From Octopus sinensis (Eukaryota), in contig NC_043007.1 in the NCBI RefSeq assembly GCF_006345805.1, positions 11,718,001 through 11,782,000 of the forward strand: a DNA stretch of 64,000 nucleotides, in the 5' to 3' direction. Below, one piece after another: positions 23,923-35,990 of the stretch. Each line of letters starts with the position of its first letter. The stretch's first letter is position 1. The translations under genes were made by a program, and so were the position numbers. The notes under the pieces were generated by a model. The model had not been told where the DNA came from and made no database searches. It was given only the letters and a program-made list of their open reading frames with translations.

Positions 23923-24682
23923 ATATATATATATATATATATCCACAAGCACTCAAACAGAGTCCTCAACTTGTCCCATTTGCCAAAAAGTTTGCAAGGC
24001 ACCAGCAGGCCTCAAGAGACACATTCATGTTCACAGAACATGATTACCACTTTATTTTACAGAACCCTCATTTGTCGGTCACAACAAGAGACTTCATCAC
24101 ACACACACATACACACACATTTTAAAGCCATTTATGATTATCAGCAACAACTAGTATCACTACTACCACCAATAGAACTACTATTGCTACTACTATTACC
24201 ATGTCACCATTGTCACCATCACTGCTGCCATCGTTAACTCACATCGTTAACTCATGCTGTTGTGATTTTAGATGATTTCACAATTTATAATTTATTTCAA
24301 GCATATTTTAATTTCTTTCAACTGCCAACCCACAGGAGAAATAAATAATGTTTTAACCGTCACTGTGCACACATCATGAAAGATTATGTTACACGGATGA
24401 GATGGCTGCTTGAATTAACAATTGTACATCATGCACGATATAGGTGTGTTCTGAGAGATGTAGTGCTGCACATGTATATATGTGGACATAAAATGTGTGC
24501 ATAGAGGCATATATGTGCACAGACAGACAAGTAAAATAGGGATACAGTGAGAATTAAGATATATATATTCTATAGATCTCTTTAACTTATTTGATAATGA
24601 GGAAGACTGAAGAAAAAAGAAGGGACAAAATTAAAGTAAAAACAAGCATAAAAACCATCAAGAAGTTATCTTTTATTTCTTG

Positions 24683-24887
24683 CTTGGTTCAGTCTTTGGA
24701 CTGCGACCATGTTGGGGCACCACCTTGAAGGATTTTATAATTGAATAGATCGACCCCAGTACTTATTATTTTTAAAACCTGGTACTTATTTTATTGGACT
24801 CTTTTTGTTGAACAGCTAAGTTACTGGAACATAAACAAACTAACACTGGTTGTCAAGTGGTGGTGCTGGTGAGGTCAAATAAAGACA

Positions 24888-24933
<46 letters not shown>

Positions 24934-24983
24934 AATACGATGAGCTTTGCTTCAGTTTCTGTCTACCAAATCCACTCACAAAG
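24683..24983 (-). mobile_element. SINE family A-like, head replaced by an RTE-tail insertion
   Basis: Tail, (CA)n and gtttctgtctaccaaatccactcacaaag, then abrupt switch. Confidence 0.75.
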
Positions 24984-25209
24984 CTGATCATGGCCTTTGC
25001 CAGCCTCCTTTGGCCCCTGTACCGGTGGCACGTAAAAAGCACCCACTACACTCATGGAGTGGTTGGCATTAGGAAGGGCATCCAGCTGTGGAAACACTGC
25101 CAGATCAGACTGGAGCCTGGTGCAGCCTCCTGGCTTCACAGATCCCAGTCGAACCATCCAACCCATGCTAGCATGGAAAATGGACGTTAAATGACGATGA
25201 TGATGATGA
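24984..25209 (+). mobile_element. RTE-tail-type element, 5' truncated (one hairpin module)
   Basis: gtaccggtggcacgtaaaaagcacc (25019-25043), ggttggcattaggaagggcatccagc, gcatggaaaatggacgttaaatgacgatgatg. Confidence 0.88.
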
Positions 25210-25786
25210 AAGCTTTAAATAAAAAAAACAAGTTATGTAATAAAATATACTGTGTGATAATTATAGATTTGCAGACAAGGAACTTGCTTTAAGTGTAGCA
25301 GTTCAGTTTTTGCTTTAATCATCCTTACCTTCTTGTACGTATTTGCCTAATTATCTAGAAGGCAAGTTCCATTCAGAATTTATAATTGTATTTTTAGTGC
25401 TAGCAATGATGTCTTGTTGAATAATTTATTGGTTTATAGGATGTACATACACCGCAACTCCTTATGTATATATAACCAATATGTATGCCCTCGAACAAGA
25501 TTGTGCGTCCTTTTTCAAGTAAAGAAACCTTATTTGAAACATTAGAATTTACCCTCACTTCATAGAAATAATTGGTGTTAGTCATTTCAAAGTATACTAT
25601 TATTTTCAATTTTGTAGGCAAACATGAAAGACAACTCTAGACAGGTTTAAATTTTATTCTGCCCTTGTCAGCTAAACACAGCATTGTATCAACACACTAA
25701 GTATCCAAGCTTTATCAAGTCTATATTATGTCTCTCTCTTCTTCTTTCACAATGTCAGTGTAACATATATTATGTGTGTGTGTATT

Positions 25787-25965
25787 ATCATCATCATCAT
25801 CATTTTACGTCCACTTCCCATGCTGGCATGGGTTGGATGGTTTGACTGAGGACTGGTGAGCCAGAGGCTGCACCAGGCTCCAGTCTGATCTGGCAAAGTT
25901 TCTACAGCTGGATGCCCTTCCTAATGCCAACCACTCTGAGACTGTAGTGGGTGCTTTTACATGCA
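25787..25965 (-). mobile_element. RTE-tail-type element, 5' truncated
   Basis: (CAT)n-ttttacgtccacttcccatgctggcatgggttggatgg..gtgggtgcttttacatg. Confidence 0.85.
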
Positions 25966-26545
25966 TTTCATCCATCTGTATGTTCTGAGTTTTAATACAT
26001 TGAGCCTGGCTTTGCCTTTCATTCTTTCTGAATCAACAGAATAAGTACCAGTTGATTCCTGGAGTCTCTATATTTGACTTACCTCACCCCACCCCGATTT
26101 ACTGGCCTTGTGTTTAAATCTGAAACCATTTTATATATTTATATGTATATGACGTCATCAGTCAGTTCTTAATATCTCTCTCTCTCTACCCAAATATCCT
26201 ACTCCAAGATAGAGCAATGGGTTTTTTGGGGGTTTTTTATTTAAAAATTTTTTTTGTTTTTTCTTTTAGGACTCCATTCTATCAGTTGAGATGTCTCCTT
26301 AGTCCCTTGTTCAATCATTCTATCTGTCTGTCTGTCTCATATTCTCTCTCCCACGATCATTCTCTTTACTTCTTTTTCCTATCAATTTTCCACCTCATAT
26401 CTCTGTATCCCCGTCTACCTTCAATACACAAACACACACACACACACAGATCTTCACTGCCTGAAAACCTATCATTCTGATGTTTAGTAAGATAGATATG
26501 TTTTAGCAGAAGAGATAAGCCTGTCTGCTTTCCTTACCTATTTTA

Positions 26546-26549
<4 letters not shown>

Positions 26550-26586
<37 letters not shown>

Positions 26587-26690
26587 TAGCGCAAAGTATA
26601 AATGCATGGGTATGTGATGTGTATGAATGCGTGCATGTGTGCAAATACATATGGGTTTGTATGTTAGTGTATGCGTTTAGTTATGTATGA

Positions 26691-26740
<50 letters not shown>

Positions 26741-26777
26741 GTCTATATTTATATATATATATATATGTATATATATA

Positions 26778-26826
<49 letters not shown>

Positions 26827-26903
26827 ATATATATATGTGTGTGTGTGTGTATATATATGTGTGTGTGTGTGTGTATATATATATGTGTGTGTGTGTGTGT
26901 ATG

Positions 26904-26974
<71 letters not shown>

Positions 26975-27115
26975 GTGTGTGTGTGTGTATATATATATGT
27001 GTGTGTATATATATATGTATGTATATGTATATATGTATGTATATATATGTGTGTATATGTATGTATGTATATATATGTGTGTATATGTATATATATATAT
27101 ATATATATACATGTA
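26550..27115. repeat. (TG)n/(TA)n compound microsatellite
   Basis: Direct reading. Confidence 0.95.
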
Positions 27116-27398
27116 GTGACGGAGGAGAAAGAGAGAGAGAGCCAGTAGTCTCTAGAAGACATACTTCAAGTGGGAAGAAGCCTATGAATTTCAATCTTAA
27201 AAACTGAAACATTAAACGAATAAACATCAACTTTTTTTGTTTGCTTTTCTCATCTTGTCTCTTCAGAGGCTTTATGTCATGTGATGTAATGTCTATCTTA
27301 TACATAAATATAACACATTACTTGTCACTGCTACATGTTATCTCATGTTACTCATTCCTTATTATTATTATTATTTTTGTTATCATTATGATTTTTAC

Positions 27399-27446
<48 letters not shown>

Positions 27447-27549
27447 CATCATCATCATTATTATCATTATTATTATTATTAGTAGTAGTATTAGTTGTAG
27501 TGCATATTAGCCATTCTATGTTATTTACGTATCACCTACTATATGACGG

Positions 27550-27900
27550 CAGCTACATGTTATATACCCCATACAGCATATTATTGCATGACAACTATTA
27601 CATGTTATCGCATGTTATTCACCATGAGTGATTACATGTCATTACTACACCTACATGTTATATTCCACTTACCACATGTTACTACAGGATAACCATTACA
27701 TGATAACCACTACATGTTACATGCCATCTGCTACATGTTATTCTGTCATCCACCATTGCTTATTATTATATATCCTCTACATGTTATTACATACCGTCCA
27801 CTACATGTTGTTACACGCTGTCCACCACATGTTATTACAAACCAATCATTATATGTCATTACATGTCACTCACTGCATGTTATCAGATAGATGCCAGCTG
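27550..27900. repeat. Degenerate ~24-bp minisatellite with CTACATGTTATT core
   Basis: About 14 units, e.g. ctacatgttattacataccgtcca / ctacatgttgttacacgctgtcca / ccacatgttattacaaaccaatca / ttatatgtcattacatgtcactca. Confidence 0.8.
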
Positions 27901-29332
27901 TTACCTAGGAGTCACCCAAGCTATCTGTAGGTCACCCAGGCAACCACCCATTGTACCCATGCCTACAAATGGCACAACCCACATGTTATTTCCTGTGTCA
28001 TTTGCTTACCACATGTCACTCATTCTATGTATGGCATGTGTTGTTCACTCTTATACATTACATTTCATATTATTGCTCACTGAATGCCATTTACCCAACA
28101 CAGCATCTCGTCACACTCCATGTCAAATATTCTTAGTCTTCGTTGGAATTCAAATCTCCGACATAACGCTCTTAAATGGACCAGACAAAGTATTTTAATC
28201 TTTAGTGTAAAATTGATAAAATAAGTCGGGGGAAAAAATGTTTTGAATTGAATCATATTTCACTGCTTAAAAGAGAATAAGAGAGAGATTGAGAGAGAAT
28301 ATTATATTGATTTGTTTAAATTATAACTTTTTATTGAATTTTAATTCAAACTCAAATTGAAATTCAATTTTTAAAAGTTTTCAATACAGAGACACAGAAA
28401 CACACACAGTCACACACAAACTTAGACACACACAGATATGTGCACACATAATACACGAGCTATTGTTTATTTTCATAAAGTTGAACTTTGCATGAATTGA
28501 CTAAAAGTTCAACGGAATATTCACATCCAAACATTAGCTGTAGACATTTACACAAAGGACCCACCCCTATCCCTAACCTCGTCTTTAGATTAAGTAGTTT
28601 GTGCAGTTTGAAACTTCAACATTATCACCGTAATGGCAGACGTTATATCTCCGAAGCAATTAAATATCCAGTTTCTTTTTGATTTATTGCATTACACACG
28701 AGAAAGTAAATTCATTCTGGTAATGAGGAAATAGCTGTATATATGTGTTGTATAATTTGGAAGCGAAGTCAGAGAGAAATTGAAGAAGCTATCCAAGTAA
28801 AACACGCTTTTGGCAGGAAATCTTAACTGTTTGCAAGAATATCTTTAATATCAAAAGCTAGATTCATAAAACTAGCGCAAGCAATCACTCATAATGTCAA
28901 TGATTTATCCTTCATCAAGGGCATTTTTTCCATTTAGAAACTGTTGTAGTAATTGCTTATATAGTTAGAAACCTTCCTTATGACTAAGTGCTCAAATAAA
29001 ACAAGGTTTGAATTTGTCAGTCAAGGCTGAGATCAGTTAGGTTAGCTGCCTTGTTCAATAGTGGTGGCGCAGTTTCTACAGTAAACTTGGCTAACTGACA
29101 GGTCCATTTTACATGCTAGAGTAGGTAGCTGTTTTACAAAACCACACAATTACAATTTGTTGTTCTACATGCATCTCAGACTGGCCCAGTTAATAGTATT
29201 TCTGTGCCCGTACGGTTTAAACCATTGCCTGCCCTTTGTATGTGATACACAGGACATATTTACTTGGCATCCATACATCATATATGAAACACTTTCCTTT
29301 CTTTTTTCAATTCTTTTTGTTTTAGCCAACAA

Positions 29333-29745
29333 AGCGCAGGAGTGGCTGTGTGGTAAGTAGCTTGCTTACTAACCACATGGTTCTGGGTTCAATCTCACTG
29401 CATGGAACCTTGGGCAAATGTCTTCTACTATAGCCTCGGGCCGGCCAAAGCCTTGTGAGTGGATTTGGTAGACAGAAACTGAAAGCAGCCCATCGTATAT
29501 ATGTATATATATATGTATGTGTGTGTATATGTTTGTGTGTCTGTGTTTGTCCCCCCCAACATTGCTTGACAACCGATGCTGGTGTGTTTACGTCCCTGTC
29601 ACCTAGCGGTTCGGCAAAAGAGACTGATAGAATAAGTACTAGGCTAACAAAGAATAAGCCCTGGGGGTCGATTTGTTCGACTAAAGGCGGTGCTCCAGCA
29701 TGACTGCAGTCAAATGACTGGAACAAGTAAAAAAAAGAAAGAAAA
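29333..29745 (+). mobile_element. SINE family A, full length
   Basis: gcgcaggagtggctgtgtggtaagtagc head to gcagtcaaatgactggaacaagtaaaa tail. Confidence 0.92.
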
Positions 29746-29750
29746 TAGAC

Positions 29751-30025
29751 TAACTTGGGACTTATGAAAGAGAATCTTTATATCACTCAGAACATATGAA
29801 ACAAGGGCTAGAAATAGCAACCACATTCCTTCAAATCACACCCTATCATCTTAATCTTTTGCTTGTCTTGTGTATTACATGTGATTCCCAAAACATATAC
29901 TTCCTTGGCCTCCATGAATCATATATTGTTATATAGATACCCTTTTTTTTTTTCAACCATCACAGTAACTTGGGACTTATGAAATGGAAGCTTTATATTG
30001 CTCAGAACATATGGAACAAGGGCTA
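29751..30025 (+). repeat. 60-bp direct repeat, copies 215 bp apart
   Basis: taacttgggacttatgaaa..cagaacatatg(a/g)aacaagggcta at 29751-29810 and 29966-30025; 6 mismatches. Confidence 0.88.
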
Positions 30026-31264
30026 ACTAAAAGTCTGAAAATAAGTATGGATGTGCGTGGATGTTTAGTTCAAACCTATGAAAATATTTTGGACTGCCAA
30101 ATGTTTAGCTTGAACCAGCAATGCCTCTTAGTAAATCTGCCAGACAGGAGTTTCTTGAAAAGTTATAATTCCTGGGCTGAATGTGCTCTAAAACAGTTTA
30201 TTCTCAAAAATACCCCGACTTTCTTTGAGAACATCATCACTCTACCCCACCACTAGTCCTCTACAAGATGATAAATGTGCAGGTTCCACCAGCTGTGTGA
30301 CTCAACTGATAGATGACTGGTACTCACATGCCAAGTACTCAGTCTTGGGTTTTGTTTGACCCAGTAGCGCAGCTCTATCAAAGAGATGATGACGAGATGT
30401 GGGAAAATTTGCCTGACAAGGAGTGAACGCACATGCATTCATCATCCAGGAATCTCTGCAATGATAAAGTTACCAGTAAGCCTCAGAAGTAGTTGAATTT
30501 ATTTAAGTTAATATGAAAGATAAAAAACATCTTGTGTCACTTTACTAAGCTTAACATTCACATAAAATTCTCAAGAAAGTTTGCATCTGTTTGTTTGTTA
30601 TTATAACAGAAAAAATAAAATAGATTTATGTAATCCAATCCATCTTATTTAAAAATAAAACTCTGTAAGTTACTTCTCAACATGAAATGTTCTCCATCAG
30701 AAAATTTTTTTTTTTTTGTTCTTTGTTTTTCTCTTCTCTTAACTTCATAAAAACAGGGGAAAGGTTAAATTTAAAACCTTCATATGTTTTATGAATGTCA
30801 CTTAAACTAGAACAATTTGTGACTTTTTTTTTTTTTTTACTGGAGTGATGTGGGGAATATGACTGTTATAGTGTTATAGTAATAATGAACCCAGAGTCAG
30901 ATATATTATGATGTTATGTCTTGCTTGACAAAGACTAGCAGATATTGAAATCCACTCAAGATATTTTCAGTCCCTATGCTAGTTTTTCGTTTAAGGGGAT
31001 GAAATTGCTATGTTACATCTCTCTCTCTCTCTCTCTCCCATTCCTGCCTTCTTTCTTAATCTCTGTACCATGGCCTAGTGACAAACATTACAAAACAATA
31101 TGCAGTAAATGTACAATACATGTGTTTGGTATAAACAGGGGAAACTGATCTTGACTTCCAAATAATTGTTCAGTTTTCGTAGAATTTAATCATCAGCTTC
31201 TGAAGTAAATTTTATCAAAAGTTATGATGGTGAGCTTCACCCTCCACATCATCTACATTCCAAT

Positions 31265-31640
31265 ACTCTTTTACTCTTTTACTTGTTTCAGTCATTTGAC
31301 TGCGGCCATGCTGGAGCACCACCTTTAGTCACGCAAATTGACCCCAGGACTTATTCTTTGCAAGCCTAGTACTTATTCTATTGGTCTCTTTTGCCGAACC
31401 ACTAAGTTACGGGGGTCATAAACACACCACCATCGGTTGTCAAGCGATGCTGGGGGGACAAACACAGACACACAAACATATACACACACATACATACATA
31501 TATATATATATGTATATATCAGCATGATCACCGTGATTGACCAGGCTATCAGATGTTGTTACACATCGCTGGTCACAATGCGCTTTGCATTGTTTTAGCC
31601 TTCAGATGACGCCACCCCACTGGCTAAGCAAGCAGGCCAA

Positions 31641-31684
<44 letters not shown>

Positions 31685-31848
31685 TATATACGATGGGCTT
31701 CCTTCAGTTTCCGTCTACCAAATCCACTCACAAGGCTTTGGTCGGTCCGAGGCTATAATAGAAGACACTTGCCCAAGGTGCCACACAGTGGGAATGAACC
31801 CGGAACCATGTGGTTGGTAAGCAAGCTACTTACCACACAGCTACTCCT
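31265..31848 (-). mobile_element. SINE family A with a ~120-bp foreign fragment (31520-31640) inside its (TA)n tract
   Basis: Complete family A on the minus strand; insert cagcatgatcaccgtg..ggctaagcaagcaggcca flanked by (TA)n. Confidence 0.88.
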
Positions 31849-33421
31849 CATTCCCTTCTAACTGGAACTAGCAAGTGAGTAGTGATACTCTCAACTATTT
31901 AATTATATTATTTGCATAACCTGGGGCATGGGTGTTATTATAAATTTCATCTTACATGGTGTTATTTTTATTTCTATTTTTATTAAGGTTGTTGAAAAGT
32001 TGACCCTTTATTGTACCTAGTTTAGAACATCAATTTCTAGGAAATAACCAAATTTTTGTAACAACTGCCCTTGTGCCACCACCTCAAACTTATAATTACA
32101 TCATCAGTGAATGAGTCATCAGTGATAAAATTTGCAGTCTGATTTCAATTCCCTGTTTGGAACCACTACGCTTATAACATCAATCCTTTTTGAGAAACCA
32201 TGTAATTACCTCTCCTCTACAAGCCTTAAACTTGATGCTTCTGTAAAAAATTCCTCATTGTTCTCTGGTTTTCCGTGTTTCTATAGTAACAGTATGTATT
32301 CTTCAGTGGAGCTTGTTTGTTCCAAAGATGAAACATTAGCGTCATTTGAACTGTGATGTTATTCTGGAAATTATTTGCAAGTCTGTTATTACTTTTCAGC
32401 TTCCCAACCATCTAACATGACAACCTGGTGGGAAATCTACACTGCATTACTATTCTTTCACAATGTATTCTGTGATTCATTATAGAAAAAGTAACTAGAT
32501 CCTAAACTATAATTTACTCTTCAACAAAACACGTTTTCAGCTTTCAGATTTTTACTCTCCATTTCCTTCCAAATAGCAAAAGTAATTTTTTTTTTTCTTC
32601 AGAAAATTGCTTTTGTAATGTGTTTGCCAAAATTAAAGAAATGCTATACTGTGTCTTACATTTGTCAAGTTTCTTTGTTATGTATTTTTGTAAACACAGT
32701 TTTCATTAATCTCTTTATATTGGCAGTGGTTGGGGCGGTGTTTTAATACCTGAATTGTTGGCTTATGTGTTCGCCTGTTTGTTTTTAAACAGAGTTTTTT
32801 TTTTTTTTCACCTGCCAACATCCATCAAGGAAGTTTCTGAATGAAGTACACAAATTTAAGAGATGTGTATTATGTGAAGTGTATAACATGCTTAGGTTTA
32901 GAACCTGTGACCTTTAACTCAGTAGTTTAACTTCTTATATAGTACTACAGTAACTAGTTACTATAGTAACTGCCATCACTATACCTTTTCATCTCTCATT
33001 CACCATACTTCTACCTAAACAAGCACCTGGGCAGGCGCCATCAACCATACCTAAACCTACCTGTCACTAGACCTTTACCTTAGTAATACCTTAACTGTAT
33101 AACAATTATTATATACCCTACCTCAGCAATATTTCCTGCATGAATATAAGACCTGCGTTATATGCCTCAGATATATGAATGAATACATGTAACAAACCAG
33201 ATTGTAATAGGAATCTTCCATTTTTGTGAGAGGCAGCTTGAGAGTGGATAAACACATGTTATAAGCATCCCTTCTTCAATTAAATGGATCAAGTGCCAGG
33301 ATTTCCCTTGCTCTATCTTAACTAACACCTTAACAGGTTGGTCATGTGCTATTCAGCTTAAATACATTGTAAGAATTTTTCTTCCTTTTATTCAGGACAA
33401 ATCAATTAGAATTCTAAGTAC

Positions 33422-33603
33422 AACAGGCGCAGTAGTGGGCATAGGTGCAGGAGTGGCTGTGTGGTAAGTAGCTTGCTTACCAACCACATGGTTCCGGGTT
33501 CAGTCCCACTGCGTGACATCTTGGGCAAGTGTTTTCTACTATAGCCTCGGGCTGACCGAAGCCTTGTGCATGGATTTGGTTGGTGGAAACTGAAAGAAAC
33601 TTG

Positions 33604-33659
<56 letters not shown>

Positions 33660-33880
33660 CTATGTGTATGTCTGTGTGTGTGTTTGTCTCCCCACCATTG
33701 CTTGACAATCAATGTTGGTGTGTTTACATCCCCGTAACTTAGCGGTTCAACAAAAGAGACTGATAGAATAAGTACTAGGTTAGGCTTACAAAGAATAAGT
33801 CCTGGGATCGATTTGTTTGACTAAAGGCAGTGCTCCAGCATGGCTGCTGTCAAATGACTGAAACAAACAAAAGAATAAAA
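33422..33880 (+). mobile_element. SINE family A, full length, first ~15 nt of head duplicated
   Basis: acaggcgcagtagtgg then ataggtgcaggagtggc; standard body and tail. Confidence 0.9.
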
Positions 33881-34373
33881 GAATATCTTTGTTAAAGTTT
33901 ACAGTGCAGGCATTGTTAAAAGGCTTGCTTTTCAACCACATAGTTTCAAGTTCAGTCCCATCACATGGCATGTTTAGCAAATGTCCCTACCATAGATCTG
34001 GGCTGACCAATCCCTTGTGATTGTGTTTAGTAGGGAGAAAGTAAGTAGAAGGATGTTACTTCACTTGTATGTTTTTCAGGTTTTAGATTATTTTAGTAAT
34101 TTTTTTTTTCCACCTTCCCCAGATTTCTTGGAATTTGGAAGTGCTGGAGTACTTAGGAATCATGTTATTTTTTGTACTAATAGCTAATTAGTTAGTGTTT
34201 GTACTAATATTTTGTTGACTTTATAAGATTCTTTTATACAGGTTTTATTAATAGTTGTACTTTCTATCATGTTTTGACAATGTTCACATTTACTGAGAAA
34301 AATAAATATTTGTGTGTCAAAAGACAGACAGGTTAAGTATTTAACCCAGCAACTCTGCCATATTATATTAAAA

Positions 34374-34635
34374 GTGAAGGTGCATGGCTTAGTGGTTAGG
34401 GTGTCAGCATCATGATCGTAAGATTGTGGTTTCGATCCCTGGACTGGGCAACATGTTGTGTTCTTGAGCAAAACACTTCATTTCACGTTGCTCCAGTCCA
34501 CTCAGCTGGGAAAAATGAGTAACGCTGTGATGGACTGGCGTCCCGTCCTGTTGGGGAACCCATACACCATTGAAACCGGGAAACCAGGCCCATGAGCCTG
34601 GCTAGGCTTTAAATGGGCGCATTTATTTATTATTT
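34374..34635 (+). mobile_element. SINE family B, full length with TSD
   Basis: Homologous to 536-787; 13-bp TSD ATAT(T/C)ATATTAAA at 34360-34372 and 34636-34648. Confidence 0.9.
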
Positions 34636-35444
34636 ATATCATATTAAAGGTTAGTTTTATCCTGCATGTTTTACCATTATTTAAAGACGGTAGTGTAATA
34701 TTCGTGGAAGATCTGACTGCAATTTCTCGCATTTAAGTAACTTTGTAGAGGTTAACTGTTTGTGCTGTTAATTCTGTAGGATATTGACACCAACTTAAGC
34801 AGTTATAATTCCAAGAAATTCATAACATACTATATATTGGAATAATACATTATTTACAAGCATATTAGCATTATTTCTAAGAGAAGCCAATATATCTAAT
34901 ACATTTAAATCACCTTGCACAAAGGCTATCATGAATAACATTATTAATATAGTAGATGTTTCAATGAAGAACTTATGATTCTGGTACCTGTCCCTTAGTA
35001 ATCATTCATTTTCAAAAGTATTTGAAAGCTATAACATGAAATAACAACAAAATGGAATGCAATTAAGTATGTGGACATGTTGAAAATACCTCATGGAATG
35101 ACGACCATGTCTTGCATAGTTATGGGCTGCTCTTTGGCAAGGCATAGTGCCTGTTCAGCAACGCTGTCAGGGAAACGGTTAAGTCATGGGACTACAGCAT
35201 GGCAGATTGCGAAGAGGTAGCAGAAGAGCTCAACTGAGTCAATGGTGCTTCTTACATTGAAGCTGAGTGAAGGAATCCTAGAAGATCAGTGATCAGGATC
35301 ACCAAACCCCATCAAGTGAGTTACTGCAATGCATCCGTATAAGTGACATCCATGGTTGTGTAATAAGCTAATGAAAGATTCGTTCCGACTCAAACTCCCA
35401 ATTCAAATTCATAATAATGGAATTGGAAGACAACAGAGTTATGG

Positions 35445-35720
35445 GAATCCCAGCCTCGCCTGGCCCCCATGCCAGTGGCACGTAAAAAGCACCATCCGTT
35501 CGTGGCCATTTGCCAGACTCGTCTGGCACCTGTGCCGGTGGCACGTAAAAAGCACCCACTACACTCATGGAGTGGTTGGCGTTAGGAAGGGCATCCAGCC
35601 GTAGAAACATTGCCAGATCAAACTGGGCCTGGTGCAGCCTTCTGGCTTCCCAGACCCCAGTTGAACCGCCCAACCCATGCTAGCATGGAAAGCCAACGCT
35701 AAACGATGATGATGATGATG
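35445..35720 (+). mobile_element. RTE-tail-type element, two hairpin modules, different subfamily
   Basis: Repeats at 35469-35493 and 35532-35556; ggttggcgttaggaagggcatccagccgtagaaac; (GAT)n tail. Confidence 0.88.
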
Positions 35721-35878
35721 AGAACAGTGAGAAAAAAAAGAATATATGAAAGCGTAGTGTCACCATTTATTTTGAAGACAGGAATATTCTGGTGATTAAA
35801 CATGACCTCCATTATATCATCATAATTCAGACTGTATATGAACAGAAAGAGAATTTTTTTACTTCTTAATTGATTTGC

Positions 35879-35990
35879 GTTTAACACTTTTGATACCAAT
35901 CTGATACCCAAGACTGCTCTTTGTTCTGCAAAACAAACTTACCATTTTGAATTGATCTAAATTTAAAACTTCTGTCAAAGTTTCATGTTC
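35879..35990 (+). mobile_element. Fragment of a piggyBac-type MITE related to 46304-46525
   Basis: ttaacacttttgataccaa..ctaaatttaaaacttctgtcaaagtttcatgtt resembles the left end of the 46304 element. Confidence 0.45.

Noticed and set aside
27550-27900. p53 response-element cluster in the ACATGT minisatellite
   Set aside because: The flanks (CTA..TTA) do not fit RRRCWWGYYY and half-sites are not paired at 0-13 bp spacing.
29984-30440. 90-aa and neighbouring short ORFs as a gene
   Set aside because: In-frame stop directly after the nearest acceptor, start lies inside a duplicated 60-mer, no recognisable domain.
33010-33125. Interstitial telomeric repeat (acctaaac, accttaac, accctacct)
   Set aside because: No tandem TTAGGG or TTAGG units; only scattered degenerate matches.
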